DNA of 64,000 nt. Origin: an uncultured Actinomycetota bacterium (GTDB taxonomy: Bacteria; Actinomycetota; Aquicultoria; SKW223; CALKMS01). Position 1 is the stretch's first letter; every line of letters starts with the position of its first letter. Both the position numbers and the translations under genes were made by a program. The stretch is taken from positions 130,294 to 194,293 of the forward strand of contig CAYRQL010000001.1 in the NCBI GenBank assembly GCA_964426525.1. Reading direction: 5' to 3'. The notes beneath the pieces were generated by a model that made no database searches, was not told where the DNA came from, and worked only from the letters and a program-made list of their open reading frames with translations. Positions 37,597 to 45,199 of this stretch are shown here, in pieces.

Positions 37597-38415
37597 ATGA
37601 AGAAAGTTGCTTATCCCATAACTTATTATGCTTTTACACGAGAAGCTATTTTCTATCTAATTCTTTTATTATTAATTTTGGTTCTTTCTCTTTTGCCCTT
37701 AAATTTGCTGGCCGCCATATCTGTTTTCCTTTTTATCCCGGTTATTTTAGCTTCAGCTTTTTGGTTTAAAAATGGTGGTTTTTGGGCAGGAATAGTTTCT
37801 GCTTCTATCTTAATAGCTGTTTTTGTTGCGGTTTTTTTGGCTGATTTTTCTTTTTCTCCCCTGGCAACTCTTTCTTTCTTTTTGGTCATACTTTACCCGG
37901 TTGCCGGCTGGTTTTTGGGGCAAACTGCTCAATCGGTATCAAATCAATTTGGCGAACTAGAGCAACACAGATTGAGTAGCGCGATTAGCGCTATTTATAC
38001 AAAAGAATATTTATCAAATCTTATTCATAAATATATTAAAGAATACGAAAGATATAAAAGTAATTTTTCTATTATTTTAATGGAGATTGATCCCAAAGCT
38101 ATGGAAGCAGTAAGTGCTTTTCGGCGAGAACATATACTAAGTGAAATCGCTTCAGTTATAAGGAAGAATATAAGAACAATTGACGAGCTTGGTCGTTATG
38201 AAAATCAGTTTTTAATGGTTCTTCCCCATACTCCTTTTCAGGGTAGCCAGGTTGTTGAGGGAAGGGTTAAAAACTTGATTTTAAAAGTCTTACAAAGTCA
38301 TGGTTGCGAACCAACCTCTGAACAGATTTATGCTGCTGCTGTTTCTTATCCAGAAAATAAACAGGGCATGGAAAAACTTCTTCATGCCCTGGAAGAACCA
38401 ATCTCTTTTTCCTAG
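37597..38415 (+). CDS. Membrane-anchored (about 4 TM) degenerate GGDEF-domain protein. Active-site motif RYENQF in place of RYGGEEF. Retains an RxxD I-site.
   Basis: Hydrophobic N-terminal 110 aa. C-terminal region aligns to the GGDEF fold (SIILMEIDPKAMEAV... RTIDELGRYENQFLMVLPHT). The I-site RTID sits 3 residues before RY, the same spacing as RAIDLPCRYGGEEF in PleD. Confidence 0.55.
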   Translation: MKKVAYPITYYAFTREAIFYLILLLLILVLSLLPLNLLAAISVFLFIPVILASAFWFKNGGFWAGIVSASILIAVFVAVFLADFSFSPLATLSFFLVILYPVAGWFLGQTAQSVSNQFGELEQHRLSSAISAIYTKEYLSNLIHKYIKEYERYKSNFSIILMEIDPKAMEAVSAFRREHILSEIASVIRKNIRTIDELGRYENQFLMVLPHTPFQGSQVVEGRVKNLILKVLQSHGCEPTSEQIYAAAVSYPENKQGMEKLLHALEEPISFS

Positions 38416-38432
38416 TAATTTTCCTAGTAATT
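38409..38432 (+). repeat. Tandem 12-bp duplication (TTCCTAGTAATT x2) spanning the stop codon of the GGDEF-like gene
   Basis: Exact repeat. The TAG stop at 38413-38415 is duplicated at 38425-38427. Confidence 0.75.
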
Positions 38433-38436
38433 TAGT

Positions 38437-38877
38437 TTACTTTTTGCCTTCGACCTCTTTTTTTATAGCGTCTATTTTGCTTTTAATTTCTTCAAGCTCA
38501 GCTTTAAGTTTTTTAACTTCTTCTTCTTTAGCCTTTATTTCTTCTTCCTTAGCTTTAACCTGAGCATCTAACTCATCAATTTCTTTCTTTCTCTCATTCT
38601 TTTTAATTTCAAGCCGGCGCTCAAGTATTGATGAGATTAAAGCTTCTTCTTCTGGGTATTTCTCAAGGCATTCAGGCCCTACCGAATGAACCATACTGCC
38701 AACCTGGACTTCTTTTCCTTTAATAATCTTGCGGGCGTCCTTGTAAAGTTTGTAGGTGTCCCCTTCTAGAATGTAGTACTCAGCATAAACCACACTGTCA
38801 GCGTCGCAAAGAAAACACTTTTCCGCTTTTTCAACTTCCTTTCCATTTTTGAAATCATACTCGAAATATACTCCCAT
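38437..38877 (-). CDS. Hypothetical small protein, paralog 1: N-terminal MGVYFEYDF...CFLC domain plus a C-terminal E/K-rich coiled coil
   Basis: 146 aa. Shares about 40% identity over the first 90 aa with the ORF at 39606-40019. The C-terminal 50 aa are almost pure K/E heptads. Confidence 0.5.
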   Translation of the reverse strand: MGVYFEYDFKNGKEVEKAEKCFLCDADSVVYAEYYILEGDTYKLYKDARKIIKGKEVQVGSMVHSVGPECLEKYPEEEALISSILERRLEIKKNERKKEIDELDAQVKAKEEEIKAKEEEVKKLKAELEEIKSKIDAIKKEVEGKK

Positions 38878-38908
38878 TTTAACCTCCTTTATAAAAAAAT
38901 ATTTCTTA

Positions 38909-39613
38909 CTAAATTAAGATAGAATGGCCCGGTTCAAGAACTTTTCCTTCAAAACCCCTTTCTTCAATTTGAGAAAGAAACTGAGCAGGGTCAACCTGGC
39001 GGGACTGATAAATGCCAGCGGGGAGATTATAGTGCATAGGGATAGCAATACGAGGCTTAATTTTGTCAATAGCCATAATAGATTCCGTCAAGTCCATTGT
39101 CGTTCCACCACCAATCGGTATAAGCAATAAGTCCGGTCTCCATTCTTCCCAGTCATCCCTTAATAGAGTTTCGCCTAAATGGCAAATTGTGCGCTCTTCC
39201 AAAGTAATAAAATAACCAAGCCCTTCAGGTGTTGCACTTTTTCTTTTAAATAAGCTCCTCAATCCTCCCCCAATTTGTCCTGGTGAAGCTTTAAAAGCCT
39301 GGATTTTTACCCCAAGAATATTAATTTCTTCCTGGGATTTTATTGCTTGAAAATTAACATTCTCCACATCGATGTGCTCTTTTAATTCCTCAGGTCCCAC
39401 TACAACCTTAAAACCTGAAGAAATAACTGACGGGAGAGCTCCTGAATGGTCTTCGCCAATCGAAGTTACTAAAACTAAATCAGTATCGCTGTATTCTTCC
39501 TGACGAATAATTGGATTTTCTTCTGGGATGGCTTTCCCAGGGTCAATTATAATTTTAACTGTTTCACCCTTAACAACGAAGGAAGAATAGCCATAAAAAA
39601 CTACTCTAACCAA
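38909..39613 (-). CDS. Metallo-beta-lactamase-fold protein (UPF0173-like) with a degenerate HxHxDH motif
   Basis: YGYSSFVVKGETVKIIIDPG start and DLVLVTSIGEDHSG (only the DH of HxHxDH is kept). Later His/Asp residues (IPMHYN) remain. Overlaps the upstream paralog gene by 8 nt. Confidence 0.6.
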   Translation of the reverse strand: MVRVVFYGYSSFVVKGETVKIIIDPGKAIPEENPIIRQEEYSDTDLVLVTSIGEDHSGALPSVISSGFKVVVGPEELKEHIDVENVNFQAIKSQEEINILGVKIQAFKASPGQIGGGLRSLFKRKSATPEGLGYFITLEERTICHLGETLLRDDWEEWRPDLLLIPIGGGTTMDLTESIMAIDKIKPRIAIPMHYNLPAGIYQSRQVDPAQFLSQIEERGFEGKVLEPGHSILI

Positions 39614-40019
39614 CTTTACCCTCCTTTGCTTTTTCTAAGTGATAATATAGCTTTCCCAATCGCTCTACTAACTCCAAGAACTCTTTTTTGGTTTCTTCGA
39701 TTTCTTTTTCGATTGTTTGTGTTTGAGAAGTGATTTCTGTCTCCTTTTCTTCTTTTCGTCGCCTAATAATCTCTGATACTAAACTTTCCTCGCTCCCATA
39801 TGTGTTATAGCAGTCTTCACAAATCATATATTCAGCACTTCCTACTTTGATTTGATGCCCACTATGAAGTTTTCTTGCATTGTCATATAGAGAATAAACT
39901 AACCCGGTTTTTATGTGATATTCGACAAAAAGCACTTTTTTTTGTTCACAAAGATAACAGGGAAACCACCTTTCAACTTCTTTTCCCTCTTCAAAGTCAT
40001 ACTCGAAATATATCCCCAT
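39606..40019 (-). CDS. Hypothetical small protein, paralog 2: MGIYFEYDF... with two CxxC pairs (CYLC ... CEDC, zinc-ribbon-like) plus a coiled-coil tail
   Basis: 137 aa. The conserved N-terminal block is MG[VI]YFEYDFxxGKEVE...CxLC...EY.I..G..Y.LY.NARK...G...VGS. Confidence 0.5.
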   Translation of the reverse strand: MGIYFEYDFEEGKEVERWFPCYLCEQKKVLFVEYHIKTGLVYSLYDNARKLHSGHQIKVGSAEYMICEDCYNTYGSEESLVSEIIRRRKEEKETEITSQTQTIEKEIEETKKEFLELVERLGKLYYHLEKAKEGKVG

Positions 40020-40070
40020 CTATCCCACCAAAGGTTATAATAACGAGATTCACCTATAAAATCAAGTAAA

Positions 40071-40385
40071 TTAAATGCTTTTTGGTAAAAAAAGATATTT
40101 TTTTTCCAGTTGGCTTTTGGTTAAAGTGGTTAAATCCTCTTGTATTTCTTCAAAAGCTCTGAGCGCTTTATCTTTATCAACAAAATACCGCCAAGGATAA
40201 ACGATCTTAGTTTCGAGGTCAACAAATTCGATCAGGAATTTTCGCAGGCTCTTTCCTTCTTCTAATGGAGGCGGAAAATAAGAAATGCCTTCCTTCCAAT
40301 CAAGTTCGGCTGGAAACTCACAAATAATTTCAAAAAGCCTGACACGATAAAAATCATTAGCTGGGCCTATGACTTTGGTCATCAA
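40071..40385 (-). CDS. Hypothetical protein (104 aa), first gene of the minus-strand operon in the island
   Basis: ORF preceded by a 174-bp AT-rich spacer. No recognisable motif. Confidence 0.35.
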   Translation of the reverse strand: MMTKVIGPANDFYRVRLFEIICEFPAELDWKEGISYFPPPLEEGKSLRKFLIEFVDLETKIVYPWRYFVDKDKALRAFEEIQEDLTTLTKSQLEKKYLFLPKSI

Positions 40386-40559
40386 AATTATTCTACTTTA
40401 TTCTTCTTTTTAATCAACTCACTTTTAAACAAATTAACAAGAATGCTATAAAAAAATTCTATTAATCCATCTTTTCTGTTAGAAAGAGTTAAAAATGTTC
40501 TATTTCGTCAGATCTTATACCGAGTTGAAAATAAATGCTGTTCAGATTAAAATTTTAAA

Positions 40560-41612
40560 ATGATGATTAAAAAAAGTTTTATTAAGATTTTACTTTTAAT
40601 TTGTTTATTTTTATCTATCCCCTCTTTTAAATTACTGGCTGTTCCTCCATCCACTATTAGCGCACAGAGAGCTGAAATTGAAGAGATTAAAAGAAAAATT
40701 AAGCAGCTCGAGTCTCAACGTGAACTTTTGTCAGAGTATAAAGTAGCTCTGAGTAATCATCTTGAAGTGCTTAATGAAAGGCTTGCGTTAACCCGATTGC
40801 GATTAGACCGCACCCAAAAGTTTTTAAAAAAAGAAGAGAACATAGCCAATCAAAGAATTAGAAAAATTTACATCTATGGCGACCGTGGGGTTCTCCATCT
40901 TCTTTTGAACGCTCAGAGTTTCTCTGATTTTATTACCCGCTTTTATGTTATTTCTCGCTTGCTTCAAAATGACCAGTTAGTAATTCGAAAAATCGATAGT
41001 TATCAGCAAGAGATACAAAAGATTGAAAAAGAATTGCTGGAAGAAAGAAAAGAAAAAGACATTTTAAACGAGCAATACTTGCTGAACTTGGCAAAGCTTA
41101 ATCAAAAAGAAGAAGAGCTAAGAAAACTTTTAACTCAGGCAAACGATGAGCTTAAAAACCTTTACCAGCAAATGAGGCTTGCTTATGAAACATCTTTACG
41201 AAGAACATATAGTACTCCCGGTTACTTAGGTACAGTGGTAGAAAGATATGTTACAGTGGAGCCTTATCTAAACCAGTATTACCTAACTAGCGCCCAATTT
41301 CCAGCAAAATTTAAGGCCACTGGAAAAACTTTTTCAGTTTATTCAAGCTGGTATGGTCCGGGGTTTCATGGGCGAAGAACCTCAAGCGGAGAAGTTTTTA
41401 ACGAAAATGATTTCACCTGCGCACATAGAACTCTTCCTTTCGGTACGTTCCTGGCAGTGAAGTATAAGGAACGAAAAATAATTGTCAAAGTTAACGACCG
41501 CGGCCCATTTATACCAGGAAGAGACCTTGACCTTTCAAAAAGGGCAGCTCAAGCCCTTGGATTTTCAGGAGTTGTCAAGGTTGATTTTGAAATTGTTACT
41601 CCCCTACCTTGA
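40560..41612 (+). CDS. RlpA-like double-psi beta-barrel protein (septal ring lytic transglycosylase family) with N-terminal signal peptide and a long coiled coil
   Basis: C-terminal block SSWYGPGFHGRRTSSGEVFNENDFTCAHRTLPFGTFLAVKYKERKIIVKVNDRGPF, which is the RlpA DPBB signature. N-terminal hydrophobic leader. Confidence 0.7.
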   Translation: MMIKKSFIKILLLICLFLSIPSFKLLAVPPSTISAQRAEIEEIKRKIKQLESQRELLSEYKVALSNHLEVLNERLALTRLRLDRTQKFLKKEENIANQRIRKIYIYGDRGVLHLLLNAQSFSDFITRFYVISRLLQNDQLVIRKIDSYQQEIQKIEKELLEERKEKDILNEQYLLNLAKLNQKEEELRKLLTQANDELKNLYQQMRLAYETSLRRTYSTPGYLGTVVERYVTVEPYLNQYYLTSAQFPAKFKATGKTFSVYSSWYGPGFHGRRTSSGEVFNENDFTCAHRTLPFGTFLAVKYKERKIIVKVNDRGPFIPGRDLDLSKRAAQALGFSGVVKVDFEIVTPLP

Positions 41613-41613
41613 T

Positions 41614-42594
41614 TCAATCAGAATTTAAGCTTTCAAATTGATTCGTTTTTCCGACAATTATTATCCTATCCCCGTCTTCCAATTGTATTTCTGGATGGGG
41701 CACTGAAAAATCTTTTTCATTTACTTTCTTTACCCCGAGGATAAGCAAGCCATGTTCCTTTCCAAGATTAAGTTCTTTTAAAGTTTTGCCTTTCATAGCC
41801 GAATTGCTGGTTATTAAAATTTCATCTAACTCAAAATCACTGCTCTCCCCCGGAAATAGCTTGTCTAAAAAATCAGCTAAAGCTGGCTTTAAAACTATGC
41901 TGGCAATCCTTCTACCTCCTATAATGGTTGGTGATACAACATGCGAAGCACCCGCTTTTAAAAGTAAAGCTTCAGCTTCCTCCTCATTTGCTCTGGCAAC
42001 AATAAGAAGTTGTGGATTAATTTGTTTAGCAGCTAAAACTATAAAGACATTTTGAGAGTCTGAATCTAAGGCTGCAACCAGCGAGGAAGCTCGGTCTAAT
42101 CCAGCTTCCAGCAGCATTTCTTCTCTGGTTGCATCTCCATTTAAAACTAAATATCCCTTTTTTTGAGCATCAGCTAAGCGGTTTTCATCTATATCAAGGA
42201 TAATAAAGGGTTGATTACGCTTGGCCATCTCTTGGGCTACTTGCTTGCCCACTCTACCGTAACCACAAATAATAGTATGGTTTTTAAGTTTTTCTCGCAC
42301 TTTCTTCAACCTCCTTTTTTCTAATAATCCTCCAAAATGGCCTTCAATCATAAACTCAATAGCTGAACTAGCGGTATAAAAAATTATGCCAATTCCGCTG
42401 ACAATTAATATCATAGTCCACACTCTCCCCGCATCAGAAAGAGGTATAACCTCACGAAAGCCAACTGTGGAAATGGTTATTAAAGTCATGTACAAAGCAT
42501 CGAGCCAATTCGAGCTTTCAATGACAACAAAGCCTAAAGTTCCAATTAAAAGAAGAACAGTCAGCCAGGCAAAGCCAAAGGCAATTCTCCTCAT
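41614..42594 (-). CDS. Two-TM ion channel with a cytoplasmic RCK domain (TrkA-N plus TrkA-C), MthK-like. Non-canonical pore-filter sequence TVGFRE.
   Basis: Pore helix/filter LYMTLITISTVGFREV. Rossmann GYGRVGKQVAQEM and the TrkA-C tail. I checked the filter codons (GGC TTT CGT GAG) directly on the minus strand. Confidence 0.7.
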   Translation of the reverse strand: MRRIAFGFAWLTVLLLIGTLGFVVIESSNWLDALYMTLITISTVGFREVIPLSDAGRVWTMILIVSGIGIIFYTASSAIEFMIEGHFGGLLEKRRLKKVREKLKNHTIICGYGRVGKQVAQEMAKRNQPFIILDIDENRLADAQKKGYLVLNGDATREEMLLEAGLDRASSLVAALDSDSQNVFIVLAAKQINPQLLIVARANEEEAEALLLKAGASHVVSPTIIGGRRIASIVLKPALADFLDKLFPGESSDFELDEILITSNSAMKGKTLKELNLGKEHGLLILGVKKVNEKDFSVPHPEIQLEDGDRIIIVGKTNQFESLNSD

Positions 42595-43136
42595 TAAAAA
42601 ACTCCAGCTAAAATATCTTTTTCTTCCAATGCTCGAATGTGTGAAAGATTTCTATAACGTTGACCGTAATCAAGGCCGTAGCCAACAACGAAAACATCAG
42701 GAATGTCGAAACCTATATACTTAATTGGCAAGTCAACTATTCGACGTATTGAACGATTGAGAAGCGTGCAAACCTCTAACGACCTTGGGTTTCTGGCTTT
42801 CAAATTCCTTAAGAGGTAAGAAACAGTAAGTCCGGTATCGATTATGTCTTCAACTAAAATTACATCTTTGCCCTCTATATTCTCTTCTAAGTCTTTTAAA
42901 AGTCTAACTACACCAGAAGAGGCTGGACCATAGCCGCTAATAGCAATAAAATCAATGCTGCAAGGAATTTTTATTGCTCGCGAAAGGTCAGATAGAAAGA
43001 CAAAAGCTCCTCGCAGAACACCGATTAAAATCAAGTCTTTATTTTGGTAATCAAAAGTTATCTGTCTTCCCATTTCTTTCACTCTTTTTTGTATCTGACT
43101 TTTTCGAAAGACGACTGTGTTTTTTCTCTTTTTCAT
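42594..43136 (-). CDS. hpt: Hypoxanthine-guanine phosphoribosyltransferase
   Basis: PRPP-binding motif VILVEDIIDTGLT and the LIGVLRGAFVFLSDL block. Confidence 0.85.
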   Translation of the reverse strand: MKKRKNTVVFRKSQIQKRVKEMGRQITFDYQNKDLILIGVLRGAFVFLSDLSRAIKIPCSIDFIAISGYGPASSGVVRLLKDLEENIEGKDVILVEDIIDTGLTVSYLLRNLKARNPRSLEVCTLLNRSIRRIVDLPIKYIGFDIPDVFVVGYGLDYGQRYRNLSHIRALEEKDILAGVF

Positions 43137-43142
43137 TTAAAA

Positions 43143-43526
43143 TTAGCCTTTTTCAAAATAAGCATTGTGTTTTTGGTGTAGTCCATATTTTAAAAGTAGT
43201 TTCTTAAAATCTTTTTGATAAAAGATTTTGATGTTCACTTCAGGATATAGTTTTTTTAATAGCTTAACCTTCCGGTTTTTTTTGGTTACCAAACGCTGAT
43301 TCATGGTGGTAAGCTCGATATAGAGGTCAAGTTCGGGTAAGTAAAAGTCCGGGGTAAAACTTAAAACAACTTTGCCTTTTTTATCCCAGGCCAGTGGAAA
43401 AGTTTTTGGTTCATACTCCCATTTAATTCCGTAATAATTAAGTATTTCAGCGCAAACCCGCTCGCTGTTATGTGCGAACTTAACATCTTCCAGATTTTTA
43501 TTATCTTTTTTAGAAGCTTCAGGCAT
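43143..43526 (-). CDS. Hypothetical protein, possibly a restriction-endonuclease-fold (PD-(D/E)xK-like) protein
   Basis: 127 aa. Segment VVLSFTPDFYLPELDLYIELTT resembles a PD...(D/E)x(K/T) core. Weak, unverified. Confidence 0.3.
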   Translation of the reverse strand: MPEASKKDNKNLEDVKFAHNSERVCAEILNYYGIKWEYEPKTFPLAWDKKGKVVLSFTPDFYLPELDLYIELTTMNQRLVTKKNRKVKLLKKLYPEVNIKIFYQKDFKKLLLKYGLHQKHNAYFEKG

Positions 43527-43562
43527 TTTTTATGATGTGTTATTATATCAAATTATTAAATT

Positions 43563-44030
43563 ATGATTTGGAAAGAGTGTTATTTGCATATAGCTTTTGC
43601 TCTGAGTAGCCTGGTATTAATGTTTCTTAATTTCATTGGCGGATTGAGTTTTTTGCTAGTCAAGCGATATGAGAATGAAGAAAAACTCGAAGATTTTGTC
43701 AAGAATATAAAAGAAGTTCGTAGCAATCTCAACTTTGTCTATTTAATTTTGTCCCTGATTTTTATGACTATCGCCCTGATTTTGGGAGTTTTTAGAGCCC
43801 AAGCCATCTGGAAAACTTTTTTCGATTTCAAAACTTTCGTTACTCTATTTATCGTTTTTTATCTTTTATTTGCTTCATTAATTGTTTCTTATCGGCGAAT
43901 TAAAAAGAAAACCTGGAGAGCGCATCTTGCTTATTTCAGTTTATTCAGTATTTTTTTGGTTATTTTAAGTTTAGCCAGCAATTTGTTGAGTGCCCATCAT
44001 CATTACTTAAAACTTATCTTTCAGTTCTAA
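43563..44030 (+). CDS. Hypothetical membrane protein (about 4 TM)
   Basis: 155-aa hydrophobic ORF, divergent from the gene at 43143-43526. Confidence 0.4.
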   Translation: MIWKECYLHIAFALSSLVLMFLNFIGGLSFLLVKRYENEEKLEDFVKNIKEVRSNLNFVYLILSLIFMTIALILGVFRAQAIWKTFFDFKTFVTLFIVFYLLFASLIVSYRRIKKKTWRAHLAYFSLFSIFLVILSLASNLLSAHHHYLKLIFQF

Positions 44031-44031
44031 C

Positions 44032-44505
44032 CTAAAGCCCCAACCCTAAAGACTTATTAACGAATTTCTGAAAGCTAACAAGCTGACTTCCTGGCCAAAA
44101 AACTCGATGGCAGGACGAACAAGTGAAAAAATAATCCTGAGTAAGATAAACATATGGCGGCACTTGAGAAAGAACCTGCTCTGGTAAAGTATTGGCTAAT
44201 CTAATATTGCAAAACGGGCAAAAAGCCGGTTTTTGAGGTTTAAGGGGAAAAGCTTTGTTAACTTCTTTGATTTGTTCCTCGGTTTTATTACTGACAATCA
44301 AAAGTGACTTCACCTTTCCTTGTTTAACAATTTTTCGCTTGACCAGCTGTCGATCACGGGTAAGGAGAATGCGATTTTCTCTAAAAGCAATATAGATAAG
44401 ACTTGAATCGTCATTAAGTTTTAAATAAAGGGAATCATAGCCCAACAGTCTTAGCCACCTTGCTAATTTTCCGAGCATGTAATCAAGCAAAAATTTTTCA
44501 GGCAT
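44032..44505 (-). CDS. Mut7-C RNase domain protein (DUF82; PIN-like plus Zn ribbon)
   Basis: MLGKLARWLRLLGYDS N-terminal signature and C-terminal CPFCN ... CSSCHRVFW Zn ribbon. Start overlaps the MerR stop. Confidence 0.6.
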   Translation of the reverse strand: MPEKFLLDYMLGKLARWLRLLGYDSLYLKLNDDSSLIYIAFRENRILLTRDRQLVKRKIVKQGKVKSLLIVSNKTEEQIKEVNKAFPLKPQKPAFCPFCNIRLANTLPEQVLSQVPPYVYLTQDYFFTCSSCHRVFWPGSQLVSFQKFVNKSLGLGL

Positions 44506-45197
44506 TATCCTGAGTAGTATTTTTCTAAAAGCCTGACAAGTAGAATTTTCCGCAGTTCGCTTAGGTTTTTTAAAAGAATTTGCAGCTTTTCCCAGGCTTG
44601 ACGCTTTCCTTCGCTACTCCTTTGCTTTAGATATGGAAGCAGCATTTGTTCAATAAAAATTTTTTCCCTCTCGCTAAAGTTAACATACATTCGAAGGTGG
44701 CGCGGCTCAATTCCAAAAGAGGTTAGATTAGCAAATATTTGAGCAATTTTTAAATCGTACTGAGTAAATTCCTCTCCCTCTAAGGTGTTTTCGGGTAAAA
44801 AAATTCCATAGCTTACCATTTCTCCCACAACCTCGTCTGAGAGATTGGTAGCTTTCCGAAACTTATCCCGATTTAAGCCCTGCGTTTCTTCAACTTCAGC
44901 TTCTTCTTCAATTTGAGAAAATATCGATTTTAAAGAATCGGCTTGACTGCTTAATTTTTCTTTTATTACTGTCAGGGGCAGAAAGCGTTCTTTTTGAAGC
45001 CGCAAAATCAGTCTTAAGACCTCAATATCATGTTCATTAAACATTCGGTAACCAGAGCTACTCCTCTTAGGTTTGATCAATCCCTGTGACTCCAAAAAAC
45101 GGATTTTGCTTGGGGTTAAATCAGGAAACTCAGATTTAAGAAGATCAACAACTTGATTAACTTTTAATAAATTAGAGACGAGTGCCTTTTTGGGCAA
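44505..45197 (-). CDS. MerR-family transcriptional regulator
   Basis: N-terminal MerR HTH (LTPSKIRFLESQGLIKPKRSSSGYRMFNEHDIEVLRLILRLQKE) plus a 150-aa C-terminal domain. Confidence 0.7.
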   Translation of the reverse strand: MPKKALVSNLLKVNQVVDLLKSEFPDLTPSKIRFLESQGLIKPKRSSSGYRMFNEHDIEVLRLILRLQKERFLPLTVIKEKLSSQADSLKSIFSQIEEEAEVEETQGLNRDKFRKATNLSDEVVGEMVSYGIFLPENTLEGEEFTQYDLKIAQIFANLTSFGIEPRHLRMYVNFSEREKIFIEQMLLPYLKQRSSEGKRQAWEKLQILLKNLSELRKILLVRLLEKYYSG

Positions 45198-45199
45198 GT

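Noticed and set aside
36956-40385. Assignment of the uncharacterized block to a named defence system (CBASS, Pycsar, a type III CRISPR mCpol module, Panoptes, and so on)
   Set aside because: The palm-like domain here is a GGDEF-type fold with an I-site. It is not a CD-NTase, an adenylate-cyclase-like Pycsar cyclase or a Cas10/mCpol. No CARF, SAVED, HEPN, TIR, SIR2 or patatin effector is present. Naming a known system would be unsupported.
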